From the NCBI GenBank assembly GCA_037446635.1, contig JBBIIG010000013.1, positions 17,855-81,854 on the forward strand: DNA of 64,000 bases, written 5' to 3'. The position numbers and the translations under genes were made by a program. The notes under the pieces were generated by a model, which made no database searches, had not been told where the DNA came from, and worked only from the letters and a program-made list of their open reading frames with translations. The DNA is from a bacterium. Its GTDB lineage: Bacteria > Zhuqueibacterota > Zhuqueibacteria > Oceanimicrobiales > Oceanimicrobiaceae. Shown piece after piece: positions 18,190 through 27,323 of this stretch (position 1 is its first letter; each line of letters starts with the position of its first letter).

Positions 18190-19161
18190 GTGTTTCAAAG
18201 GAAAGCGAAATCTAGACGATTTGTTCTGGGCAGAAGCTCGGATAAAACAAATTTAGCGGCGGTCAAACACCGTTACCGGCGCAATATGGAATTGGCGTTA
18301 GCCATCAGCTTGGCCGCGGCCATTGTGACGATACGTTTGCTCTCAATGGTGCATTTCGACCAGCTTTTCGTGTTTGAGGATCGGGCCAAGTTCGAGTCGA
18401 TTGACATTATCGAGATTCCGCCGGTGATCGAAGAGCCGCCCAAGTTGAAAATGGAAGAGGTCGTCGAAATTCCCCCGGAAGAAGAGAGCGAAAAAAGCGC
18501 GATTGAAAAAGACCTCGAAGAATTAATCGAAGAGAAAAAAGACGAGGTGCAATTGAGCTTGAGCTCGAATAATTTGGGAGAGTTGTTGCTCACCAATTCC
18601 CCGTTAGGCGATATCGCCGGGCCTGAATTGAATTTCAGGAAGGTGCGCGCCGACGACGCCAGCCGCATCGATCTAAAAAGCCGCAAATTTTACGGCGACG
18701 CCAACAGTGGTTTGGATATCGGTAAAACCGAAAGTTCCTCCCGCAAGATCAGCAATGATAACGTCGGTTTGGATTTGAAAACCAAACCGGTGGAGTTCGG
18801 AAAGGCCGCCGAGGCCCAAAAAAAATCGGACCCGAAGCTCGGCATCTCCGATGTTCCCGAGCGCATCATCTCTTTCGCGTCTTCGACCTTCGGCACGGAA
18901 GATTACAAACTTTGGAATAAAATCAATGCCGAATTGGATCGCTTGAACAAAGGCCGCTACGGTTCGGTGCCGAAGGAAATCGAGAGGTTCAGAGGCGGGT
19001 TCCGCATTCACTTTTCGTTTCCCGACGGCACGCGGCAAGAAATTCATTGGGAAAATGCTGGCAACGTTTGGATCAAAATTATTGGCAAGAGCAATCGAAC
19101 GCAGGTGCAGGAGCTGCGCCGCGCGCTCGATGGCCTATTAAAACTAACCCTGGGCAGTTAG
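18190..19161 (+). CDS. Single-pass membrane protein with TonB-like N-terminal anchor/linker and an unrecognised C-terminal domain
   Basis: YRRNMELALAISL TM segment, Pro/Glu-rich linker (EIPPVIEEPP), no recognisable TonB_C domain. Confidence 0.7.
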   Translation: MFQRKAKSRRFVLGRSSDKTNLAAVKHRYRRNMELALAISLAAAIVTIRLLSMVHFDQLFVFEDRAKFESIDIIEIPPVIEEPPKLKMEEVVEIPPEEESEKSAIEKDLEELIEEKKDEVQLSLSSNNLGELLLTNSPLGDIAGPELNFRKVRADDASRIDLKSRKFYGDANSGLDIGKTESSSRKISNDNVGLDLKTKPVEFGKAAEAQKKSDPKLGISDVPERIISFASSTFGTEDYKLWNKINAELDRLNKGRYGSVPKEIERFRGGFRIHFSFPDGTRQEIHWENAGNVWIKIIGKSNRTQVQELRRALDGLLKLTLGS

Positions 19162-19176
19162 CGGAGATCGGTTATT

Positions 19177-20613
19177 ATGAAAAAATTCTGTCTTTTGCTT
19201 TTGATAATAGGCTTTGCAAACGTCGGGGGAGTTCTCGCACAGCCAGTCAGCACATTGTACGACGAAATTCAACAGAGCTACCGCAATCAAGATTACGGCC
19301 GCACCGTGGACCTGTGCCGGCAGATCATCGTGCGCTGCGCCGAAAGCGTGCCGGACGTGGAGTGCCGCTTCACCGACGTCATGAAAAACGTTTATCGGCT
19401 CAAAGGATTCGCCGAGTACAATTTGTATCTGAAGGATCGCAGCATCGTCACCCTCGACGCCGCTATCCTCTCCCTTAAAAAAAGTTATGAGCTGTTTGGC
19501 GATCCGGAAATCGCCTTTAACTTCGGATACATGGAATCCCTGCGCGCCATCGAGATGCAGGACGGCGCCTACCTCGACGGTCTGGTGCACGCCTGGCAGG
19601 GCATCCTCGGCCTCTATGCCAAAGATGAGTGGACGGTTTCGCAGGAGCTGGTGGAAAAAATCAAAACTTTTATCAACCAGTCGGTGGAGCTGACTATCAC
19701 CCCAGCCGACAGCGCCGTAACCAATGGCATTTTCACCAGCTTCATGGTGCGGCTGGCCTGCGACCTTGCGGAGAAGGCCTATCTTGGCAGCCAGGACAGC
19801 CTGTTTTTCCGAGTCTATCGCAAACGCGCGGTGGAGGATGAGTTCAATTTACGCGGCAACGAGTGGCGGGCGCGCGGCTTCAGCGCTCAAAAAGATTTGA
19901 ACAATTACCCCGACGATTACAACTACCGCACCACCCGCCGCTATTTAGAGCTGGCTTACAAACACGCCAAAAGCACGGAGCGGCAGGCGGAGATGCTCAA
20001 AGAGCTCACCAAAGTCGCGCTCTTCATGGAGAAAGAAGGTATCAACAATCAACCCGAGGCCGATCTGCAATACGCCCGGGAGAAGGCGCAGCAGGCGTAT
20101 AAAATTTTGGTGGATCGCGGTGCCGATATCCCGCTTTCGCTGGCCACCGAAATCAAGAAGGTTTATGGCAACTCCATTTTCCGATTGGTGAATTACTATT
20201 TTAGTTTCGCGGATTCCACCAACCGCTTGAACGCTTACGCGCGCGCTAAACGCGTTGGCGAGGAGCTGCTGGTTCCCGATGGCTTCGGCCGCCGGCAAAA
20301 ATTTCAATGGGATGGCTACGAAGATTTGTACTTGCGGCTTTCCGAGATCGGTTATGAAATCGGCGAAAAGGAGTTTGCGGTGGACATGGTTGATAAAGCC
20401 TGGAAAGCCGCATTGGAAGCCAACGCTCTGAACCAGGGAAATCTCTGCGCCCATTTGGATTCCCATTCGGCTTCGGAGCTGCTGCCGTTTGCGCGAGTCT
20501 ATCGCCAGATCGCCGAGCGCTTCGGCTTGCAGCCGGTGCTGCACTGGCTGCGCCCAATCATAAAATGTATCGCGGAGAACGCGCGCAACCTGACCTCGAA
20601 GGAAGGCGCTTGA
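19177..20613 (+). CDS. Exported alpha-helical / TPR-like hypothetical protein
   Basis: Signal peptide MKKFCLLLLIIG...VLAQ; helical repeats; GGAG RBS. Confidence 0.8.
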   Translation: MKKFCLLLLIIGFANVGGVLAQPVSTLYDEIQQSYRNQDYGRTVDLCRQIIVRCAESVPDVECRFTDVMKNVYRLKGFAEYNLYLKDRSIVTLDAAILSLKKSYELFGDPEIAFNFGYMESLRAIEMQDGAYLDGLVHAWQGILGLYAKDEWTVSQELVEKIKTFINQSVELTITPADSAVTNGIFTSFMVRLACDLAEKAYLGSQDSLFFRVYRKRAVEDEFNLRGNEWRARGFSAQKDLNNYPDDYNYRTTRRYLELAYKHAKSTERQAEMLKELTKVALFMEKEGINNQPEADLQYAREKAQQAYKILVDRGADIPLSLATEIKKVYGNSIFRLVNYYFSFADSTNRLNAYARAKRVGEELLVPDGFGRRQKFQWDGYEDLYLRLSEIGYEIGEKEFAVDMVDKAWKAALEANALNQGNLCAHLDSHSASELLPFARVYRQIAERFGLQPVLHWLRPIIKCIAENARNLTSKEGA

Positions 20614-20614
20614 A

Positions 20615-21190
20615 ATGAAGGTTTTCTTTTTAGTCGGACTGCTAATAATTATTTGGGGGAATAGCGCTAACGTACGTGCACAAGCGATTGAGATGAAGTT
20701 AGAAGAGCAGATGGTGGCGCTGGAGCGCGACGTCGTGCGCATTTATAATGAGCTGCAAAAATTTTTGAGCGATGATCCCGCTCGCCGCGGCAACGAGCTG
20801 CTCGCTTTCGAGTCGCTGATTACGATCTATGTCGATGAAGTGCTCAACCTCTACGACACCTTCTGGCGCATGAAAGGCACGACGCTGGAGTCGCAGCAAA
20901 ATATTGCGGCGCGCTGCTTGATGTTCCGCGCGCTCACCTATCTCGAGCGTGCCAATAAAAATTCGACTAATTACGCCAAAGCCTGTGAGGATTATAAAAA
21001 GGCGCTCTATCTCTCGCAAAACAAGTTAGAGGAACCTCTTCTCAGCTCAAAGCTGCCCCACGAAGTCTGGGTGGGGAAAAAGCTTTACACCCGCCTCGCG
21101 GATCTCTTAGACAGTCGATCCAAAAATTTTCAAATGATCGAATGCTTTCGTATGACCAATGGGGTTTCGCAATTCGGAGACGGCAAATGA
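20615..21190 (+). CDS. Exported hypothetical protein, paralog of the N-terminal domain of the next gene
   Basis: Signal peptide; aligns by eye with the 21187 protein. Confidence 0.8.
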   Translation: MKVFFLVGLLIIIWGNSANVRAQAIEMKLEEQMVALERDVVRIYNELQKFLSDDPARRGNELLAFESLITIYVDEVLNLYDTFWRMKGTTLESQQNIAARCLMFRALTYLERANKNSTNYAKACEDYKKALYLSQNKLEEPLLSSKLPHEVWVGKKLYTRLADLLDSRSKNFQMIECFRMTNGVSQFGDGK

Positions 21191-22479
21191 AAACGGTTGC
21201 AGGATGCAGTTTAAGTTTGATCATCTACTCGATTCTCGCGGCAGTGGTCTATTCACAACAAGACCAAAGCATACTGGTCAATCGCATGAAGCAGCACGAG
21301 AACGACATCGTGAACACCTACCTCGAATACCAGAAACTTTATTATGAGGACAAGGCTCGCGTCAACGAACTGCACGCCTTCGAGGATTTGTTGACGGTTT
21401 ACATCAATCAGGTCGCGGAGATTTACGAGACCCTCAATCTCTCTGAAAAGAAAACGCAAACGCCGCGTGACATCGCCGCCCGCGCGCTCATTTTCAAAGC
21501 CTTGATGTATCTCGAAAAGGCGCCGCTCAATCCGGAATATTTTGAAAAGGCGTGTTACGAATATTACGAGGCCCTCAACCTTTACAACGGCGTCGATGAT
21601 CCGCCGGTCATCTTCAAAGACCTGCCGCAGACCATTCAAAGCGGCGATAAAATTTATTACCGCCTGATGGACATTCTCGATGATAAAGGCAAAGGGTTGT
21701 TTGAATTCGGCAAAGTGGTCATTTCATTCAGAAATTTTCGAGTGACCGCGAATTTTGATCCGCAGATGATCGAGCTAATCAAAGTCGAGGACGCGCAAAC
21801 GCTGAGGTCGCCCAATACCTATCGCCTGGCCAGCCCGAGAATCGTTCATGCTTTCGACGAAGTTTTCCGCCGCGCGCGGGAGGTCGAGACCTACGTGGCG
21901 CTGCCGCAAGGCACTTATATTTTGCGGTTGAACAATCCCACCGCCAATAATAACGCCTACACGCCGCTGACCAGATTTTATGTCAGCGCGAACCAGGAAC
22001 AGTTTTATATTCTCGAGCCGCTGGCCGATTGGATCATTCTCTACGAAAACCCCACCAGCAAGCGGCCGGATTTCTACAAATTTCGCCGTACCAGCCAAAG
22101 TGGCAATTCCCCAAACGCCACCAACAACATCGGGTTTCCCTCTCAAACGAACGGCTCATCGCACAAAAGCGCCTCCAGCCAGCAAGCCGGCGCCAACACT
22201 CACGAACAATTGGTGGCGGAAATCGTGTCGGTTTATCTGCCGCAGTTCGATATCAAGCTTATGTTTGATCTGAACGATCCGAATATCAGCGGCAACGCCG
22301 TTCAAATTATTTCCCGCGCCGTAGTGGAATACGTCGAAAGCCGCGCTTTTTATAACGAATGGAATTTGTGGACCGCCAGTTGGGACATTTCCAAAAAAGT
22401 ACGGGAGATTATCAGCCCCGGCAGCTTTATTCCCATCGAGCTGGTTGAGTTGATTTACAAAGTTCTCCGCGAGCTTTAG
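21187..22479 (+). CDS. Exported hypothetical protein
   Basis: ATGA overlap with the upstream gene; signal peptide MKTVAGCSLSLIIYSILAAVVYSQ. Confidence 0.8.
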   Translation: MKTVAGCSLSLIIYSILAAVVYSQQDQSILVNRMKQHENDIVNTYLEYQKLYYEDKARVNELHAFEDLLTVYINQVAEIYETLNLSEKKTQTPRDIAARALIFKALMYLEKAPLNPEYFEKACYEYYEALNLYNGVDDPPVIFKDLPQTIQSGDKIYYRLMDILDDKGKGLFEFGKVVISFRNFRVTANFDPQMIELIKVEDAQTLRSPNTYRLASPRIVHAFDEVFRRAREVETYVALPQGTYILRLNNPTANNNAYTPLTRFYVSANQEQFYILEPLADWIILYENPTSKRPDFYKFRRTSQSGNSPNATNNIGFPSQTNGSSHKSASSQQAGANTHEQLVAEIVSVYLPQFDIKLMFDLNDPNISGNAVQIISRAVVEYVESRAFYNEWNLWTASWDISKKVREIISPGSFIPIELVELIYKVLREL

Positions 22480-22522
22480 CCGTTTGCCCTCCAAAATCTG
22501 ATTTTTCCACAAGATTTTTTTC

Positions 22523-22551
22523 TTGCTTCTTTGCGAGCGCTTTTTTATTAT
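22523..22551 (+). promoter_or_regulatory. Sigma70-type promoter
   Basis: TTGCTT-N17-TATTAT, 30 bp upstream of ATG 22581. Confidence 0.5.
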
Positions 22552-22580
22552 CCAACTCTTAATAATCCAACCGCTAAAAC

Positions 22581-22721
22581 ATGAGTGAGAAGCCTGTTGC
22601 CAACGAAGAAACGCGCAAGAAATTGAAAGAGGCGTTTCAGAAGTTGCAGGGGACGCCCTTCGTAAAAACCGATGGCAAGCAAAACGACGAGGAAAAGACT
22701 GATTTTCCGAGTAAGAAATAG
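22581..22721 (+). CDS. 46-aa small hypothetical protein
   Basis: MSEKPVANEETRKKLKEAFQKLQGTPFVKTDGKQNDEEKTDFPSKK, directly downstream of a promoter. Too short for the ORF track. Confidence 0.45.
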   Translation: MSEKPVANEETRKKLKEAFQKLQGTPFVKTDGKQNDEEKTDFPSKK

Positions 22722-22793
22722 CGTTTTCGCTTTAAGTTATCGCATCCTGTTTTTTCGCCATTTCTAAAAATATTTATTCCCTTTCGTTTTCAC

Positions 22794-23147
22794 ATGCCGG
22801 CGCTCGCTTTTGAAAAACGAAAATTTCCGCGCATCGATACGTCAAAGCAAGCGGGTTGTCAAATTAGAGTCTTTGGCGTAAAGGGCAAACCCCTGGTGGG
22901 TAAGGTCGTCAACATTAGCCTGGGTGGGGTAGCTTTTGTCAGCAGTTATAAAAATATTTCCCAAGCGCTGAAAAAGTACTCGACCAAAGTGAAGATTCAA
23001 TTGCCCGAACTTGATCCCATTGAAGCTAGCACCACGTTGTTGCGTATTCGCCCAGAGCCAGCCGGCGAGGACTGTCTCTTCGTGATGAAATTGACCGATA
23101 TGAATGGCAACAGCGCCACCCGCCTGCAAAAATTTATTTCGATCTAA
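22794..23147 (+). CDS. Stand-alone PilZ domain protein (c-di-GMP receptor)
   Basis: RxxxR (KRKFPR) and D/NxSxxG (NISLGG) motifs. Confidence 0.85.
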   Translation: MPALAFEKRKFPRIDTSKQAGCQIRVFGVKGKPLVGKVVNISLGGVAFVSSYKNISQALKKYSTKVKIQLPELDPIEASTTLLRIRPEPAGEDCLFVMKLTDMNGNSATRLQKFISI

Positions 23148-23249
23148 CAGAGGAAATCCCGTGTCAAATACAAGAGTTGGGTGAAACTTGATTTTGTTCC
23201 AAATTTCTCTATCTTTGGGCAGACAAATTTCAAATAACGGAGGACAAAT

Positions 23250-24485
23250 ATGGATCGACAGGTTATCGATGATTTGGTTTTGAAAGGTAAGAAAGTTTTG
23301 ACGCGCGTGGATTTCAACGTGCCACTCGAGAACGGCAAAGTCAAGGATGATACCCGCATTCGCGCCGCGCTGCCCACCATCAAAAAAATTATCGACGACG
23401 GCGGCAAACTGATTTTGATGTCCCACCTCGGCCGGCCCAAAGGCCAGGGCGCGGAACCGGCTTATAGCCTGCAGCCTGTGGCCGCGCATCTCTCCCAGCT
23501 TTTGGGAAAGGAAGTCAAAATGGCGCCCGATTGTGTTGGCGAAGAAGTGGAGAAAATGGCCAATTCTTTGAACGAAGGCGAAATTCTCATGCTCGAAAAC
23601 ACTCGCTTTCATAAAGCCGAAACCAAGAATGATCCGGAGTTCTCCAAAAAGTTGGCCAGCCTCGGCGAAGTTTATGTCAACGATGCCTTTGGCGCGATTC
23701 ACCGTGCGCACGCTTCCACCGAAGGCGTCGCAAAGATTCTGAAAGAATCGGCTGCGGGCTACCTGTTGCAAGCGGAGATCGAGAATCTCACCCAGCTCAT
23801 CGAGTCTCCCGAAAAACCGTACGTCGTCATCCTCGGCGGCGCCAAAGTGAGCGATAAAATTCAGGTGATTCACAACCTCATCACCAAAGTCAGCGCCATG
23901 CTCATCGGCGGCGGCATGGCTTATACTTTTTTGAAGGCGAAAGAAATCGCAATCGGCGACTCGATCCTCGACGCCGAACATCTCGCCATGGCTTACAACA
24001 TGCTGGTGGTGGCACGCAATCCGCATCCCTACAAAAAACTGAAATTCATTCTGCCGCAAGATCATCTCATCGCCCGCACTGGTAACGACGCTGAGCATAA
24101 AGTCTGCGAAACCATTGCTATCCCCGCCGGCTGGAAGGGCGTGGACATCGGCCCCAAAACCATCGCTGAGTTTAAAGAGCAGATCGCCACGGCGAAGACT
24201 GTTTTTTGGAACGGCCCGATGGGGATTTTTGAAAACGACGCCTTTGCGCGCGGCACCGTCGAAATCGCGAAAGCCGTGGCCGCGGCCACAGAACGCGGCG
24301 CGTTCACCGTGGTTGGCGGCGGCGATTCCATCGCAGCCATTGAAAAGGCCGGCGTGGCCGATAAAATTTCCCACGTCTCCACCGGCGGCGGCGCGTCGCT
24401 CGAATTTTTGGCGGGCATCGATTTGCCGGGAATCACGGCGCTGGCCAAAGCCAAGAAAAAGCCGGAGCCGGCGAAGGCGGCGTAG
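23250..24485 (+). CDS. pgk: Phosphoglycerate kinase
   Basis: RVDFNVP, SHLGRP, LENTRF, GGAKVSDK and STGGGASLEF motifs. Confidence 0.98.
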   Translation: MDRQVIDDLVLKGKKVLTRVDFNVPLENGKVKDDTRIRAALPTIKKIIDDGGKLILMSHLGRPKGQGAEPAYSLQPVAAHLSQLLGKEVKMAPDCVGEEVEKMANSLNEGEILMLENTRFHKAETKNDPEFSKKLASLGEVYVNDAFGAIHRAHASTEGVAKILKESAAGYLLQAEIENLTQLIESPEKPYVVILGGAKVSDKIQVIHNLITKVSAMLIGGGMAYTFLKAKEIAIGDSILDAEHLAMAYNMLVVARNPHPYKKLKFILPQDHLIARTGNDAEHKVCETIAIPAGWKGVDIGPKTIAEFKEQIATAKTVFWNGPMGIFENDAFARGTVEIAKAVAAATERGAFTVVGGGDSIAAIEKAGVADKISHVSTGGGASLEFLAGIDLPGITALAKAKKKPEPAKAA

Positions 24486-24496
24486 GTCATGGCCAT

Positions 24497-24525
24497 GTGC
24501 TACGCACTTTAAAAGTGTGTAGCAC
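24497..24525. repeat. Hairpin (REP-like or terminator) after pgk
   Basis: GTGCTACGCACTTT-A-AAAGTGTGTAGCAC near-perfect inverted repeat. Confidence 0.55.
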
Positions 24526-24598
24526 GTAGTGAATTTTGTTGGAATGTTCTCTCCGATTCTTTGGTTTTGAATATTTGAAACGAAATGGGCGTGAGAGA

Positions 24599-24946
24599 AT
24601 GCTAAAACAATTTTTCATAACAGGGGCGATTTTGCTGACCCTGCTTTCGGCCGGCGAAGCACTGCCACAGATTTCTGAAGCAGAAAGGTCCGTTGCAGCG
24701 AATTGCCAACCCGACACATTGAGCAAACCACACGACCAAAACGCCGCGGCGGTGGCACCACGTTTGTTTCCAACGCCGAATCAATTTCAAGAATATCGAA
24801 TACCGCTTGATGTTTTCAAATATGATACGTCCAAAGAAAATCCGGAGCATCGCTGTTATGAAATCGTCAAGCCAATTTCAAAGAGCTACCATTTCGTTTT
24901 CAATTTGATTTTGATCGAAAAATTTACCACGGGCGGCGCGCGATGA
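24599..24946 (+). CDS. Hypothetical exported protein
   Basis: Signal peptide MLKQFFITGAILLTLLSAGEA; followed by a terminator. Confidence 0.55.
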   Translation: MLKQFFITGAILLTLLSAGEALPQISEAERSVAANCQPDTLSKPHDQNAAAVAPRLFPTPNQFQEYRIPLDVFKYDTSKENPEHRCYEIVKPISKSYHFVFNLILIEKFTTGGAR

Positions 24947-24979
24947 ACAGAAAGCTTGTTCATGGTAACCTCCTATAAC

Positions 24980-25010
24980 AAAAGCCCCGGCCAAAAGCTG
25001 GGGCTTTTTA
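24980..25010. terminator. Intrinsic (bidirectional) terminator
   Basis: AAAAGCCCCGGC-CAAAA-GCTGGGGCTTTTT. Confidence 0.8.
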
Positions 25011-25022
25011 TTTAAAAATAGA

Positions 25023-25051
25023 TTGACAAAGTTGGCAAACATTAATATAAT
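25023..25051 (+). promoter_or_regulatory. Perfect consensus sigma70 promoter
   Basis: TTGACA-N17-TATAAT, 28 bp upstream of ATG 25079. Confidence 0.85.
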
Positions 25052-25078
25052 TTCTCTGCAAAAAATGACTACGATTTT

Positions 25079-25969
25079 ATGCCCACGCGCTTAAATAAAA
25101 CCCGCCAGAAATTAACCCTCTTCAAATTTGATCCCAACCGCCGTTTATCAAAAGACATTTTAATCAACGAAGACGAAATTTTCTGCCACCCCCTCGGCTC
25201 AACGGAGCCGGCTTGTTTTTTAGGCGTGGTGGCGCCGGAACAATTGGAGTCTCTGTTTCAGCGCTTCCAAGTTTTTGCCGGATTGAGGAAAATGGGATTT
25301 GAGAACGTCGTTCTCGAATCCCATTCGAAAGATGGCTACAATCACGTCTTCCGAGTTTTCTGCAACGATACCATACTGATTGAGGCGGTGCTTCATAAAG
25401 CAACGTTGCCGCTGGGCAAGTCAGCAAAAAGGTCTGCGGCACAGGATGTCCTGTTTGTGGAATGGCTGCTCCTGCAAAATCCCTTTCGTGATTTTGACGA
25501 ACAGCGGCCGCAGCTTCCCGGCCAGCGCCGGCCAGGGCTCGGGTTGGCCAAAGAGGTTATGAACGTTCTGGTTGAGCTGACGAAACTGTGTGGATTGGGA
25601 GGTCTGGCGGCTGTGCCCGGACACTATCACAACGCGGTGATTTTTTCGAAATCCTTCAAGTATTTGAATGCGGACTGCGAGGGCAAACTGCGCGCCCTGC
25701 GTCGCGATCTTTCGGAGTTTCCGCTGGCAATGGTTTCCTGGGCGGTGGAATTGAATTGCGTCAAGAACGCCGACACGGGAGACTACTTGAACTGGTTCGT
25801 CGATTGGCAGGTGTTGGGAATGAGCGAGCGTTTAAAAAAATATTTTGCGTCCGGCGAGTACCGCAATTGTGTCAATCGAACGTTTCGAGAGTCGCACTAT
25901 ATTTTGGATGAAGCCAAGTTCGAAGTTGAAAAGGAGAAGATTCCGCGCCTGGCGGAGGTGATTATTTGA
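25079..25969 (+). CDS. Hypothetical protein resembling the C-terminal accessory domain of some bacterial histone-deacetylase-family proteins
   Basis: LFVEWLLLQNP...RPQLPGQRRPGLG...PGHYHNA motif (recalled resemblance). Confidence 0.6.
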   Translation: MPTRLNKTRQKLTLFKFDPNRRLSKDILINEDEIFCHPLGSTEPACFLGVVAPEQLESLFQRFQVFAGLRKMGFENVVLESHSKDGYNHVFRVFCNDTILIEAVLHKATLPLGKSAKRSAAQDVLFVEWLLLQNPFRDFDEQRPQLPGQRRPGLGLAKEVMNVLVELTKLCGLGGLAAVPGHYHNAVIFSKSFKYLNADCEGKLRALRRDLSEFPLAMVSWAVELNCVKNADTGDYLNWFVDWQVLGMSERLKKYFASGEYRNCVNRTFRESHYILDEAKFEVEKEKIPRLAEVII

Positions 25970-25992
25970 AACCGAGAGCGGAAGCGAGTGTC

Positions 25993-26868
25993 ATGAAAAT
26001 TGGATTTGTCGGGTTGGGCATCATGGGCCAGTTCATGAGCTTGAATTTGATTAAAGCCGGATTCAAACTCACCGTTTGGAATCGCACCAAAGATAAAACC
26101 ACTTCATTGAAAGCAGCCGGCGCCAGCGTTGCTGAGACCCTCGCCGATTTAGCGGCCGCCAGCGATGTTATCATCACGATGGTGAACGACACGCCGGACG
26201 TCGAGGAAGTGATATTCGGACAACAAGGTCTGATCACGGGATTGGCTAAAGGAAAAATCGTGATCGATATGAGCACCATCAGTCCAGAAGCCACGGAAGA
26301 TTTTGCAGCGCGTTTGCGAAAGCTCGGCTGCGAAATGTTGGATGCCCCGGTCTCCGGCGGCGACACCGGCGCACGCAACGCCACGTTGACCATCATGGTA
26401 GGAGGAAAGCAGAATATTTTTGAGAAATGCCGACCCATTTTTCAAGCACTGGGAAAAAATATTTTTTACTGCGGCCATCACGGCAACGGCCAACGCACCA
26501 AAATGATCAATCAGGTTTTGTGTGGACTGCACGCGGTGGCGCTTTCGGAAGCGTTTATCCTCGCGGAAAAAGTGGGGCTCGATTTGCAGGTCATGCACCA
26601 AGTTGTTTCCAGCGGCGCGGCCGGCTCGTGGGCGTTGAGCAACTACGGCCCGCGCGTTCTCAACGGCGACTTTGCCCCCGGTTTCAAGTTGAAAATGCAG
26701 CACAAAGACCTGCGCATTGCTCATGAAACCGCGCAAAGATTTGACGAAGATTTTAAAGGCATCGAGTTGGCATTTCAACTCTACACCGAGGCCGTGAAAA
26801 AGGGATTGGGAGATTTTGGATCGCACGCGCTCATCAAGCTATATCAAAACGACGCGGGGAAAACGTGA
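25993..26868 (+). CDS. NAD(P)-dependent beta-hydroxyacid dehydrogenase (GarR/MmsB family)
   Basis: GFVGLGIMG, DAPVSGG and KDLR motifs. Confidence 0.92.
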   Translation: MKIGFVGLGIMGQFMSLNLIKAGFKLTVWNRTKDKTTSLKAAGASVAETLADLAAASDVIITMVNDTPDVEEVIFGQQGLITGLAKGKIVIDMSTISPEATEDFAARLRKLGCEMLDAPVSGGDTGARNATLTIMVGGKQNIFEKCRPIFQALGKNIFYCGHHGNGQRTKMINQVLCGLHAVALSEAFILAEKVGLDLQVMHQVVSSGAAGSWALSNYGPRVLNGDFAPGFKLKMQHKDLRIAHETAQRFDEDFKGIELAFQLYTEAVKKGLGDFGSHALIKLYQNDAGKT

Positions 26869-27260
26869 AGCCAGTCGCCAGTCGCGCCAAACGATTTTGG
26901 GTGGTGTACGCAGCGCTAATTGTTTTGGCGGCGGTTTTTATCGTGCCACTTTGCGGGTGGCTCTATCAATGCGGTTGCACATTTTTGTGGGCGGGCGCCG
27001 CGCGTTACTGCAACATCCATCACGCGGAGGGGCCGCATTGTCCGTGGTGCGTGGCCGGAGGAGAACCTTTGCCCACAACTGCGCTGGGATTCTTACTATT
27101 TGCACCGCCGGCCATCGCCATTCATTGGTTCAACAAAAAGCCGGAAGCCTCGATCCCAAAGCTGTTTGTCGCCGGCTTGCTGACCTTTTTGCTCGCCGCG
27201 ATTATTAGCGGATACATTTTTAAGTTGGTTTACGATTATCCCTATTTCTTTTTTAAGTGA
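26865..27260 (+). CDS. Cys/His-rich small membrane protein
   Basis: About three TM helices; CxxxxxCGC...CNIHH...HCPWC; GTGA overlap with the upstream gene. Confidence 0.7.
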   Translation: MKPVASRAKRFWVVYAALIVLAAVFIVPLCGWLYQCGCTFLWAGAARYCNIHHAEGPHCPWCVAGGEPLPTTALGFLLFAPPAIAIHWFNKKPEASIPKLFVAGLLTFLLAAIISGYIFKLVYDYPYFFFK

Positions 27261-27323
27261 ACGGGTCCGCTGTCAGGCAGTTATCATTAGTCAATAGACA
27301 ATAATCAATAGTCAATTCAAAAA

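Noticed and set aside
22842..24374. 510-aa minus-strand ORF
   Set aside because: Antisense shadow of pgk and the PilZ gene.
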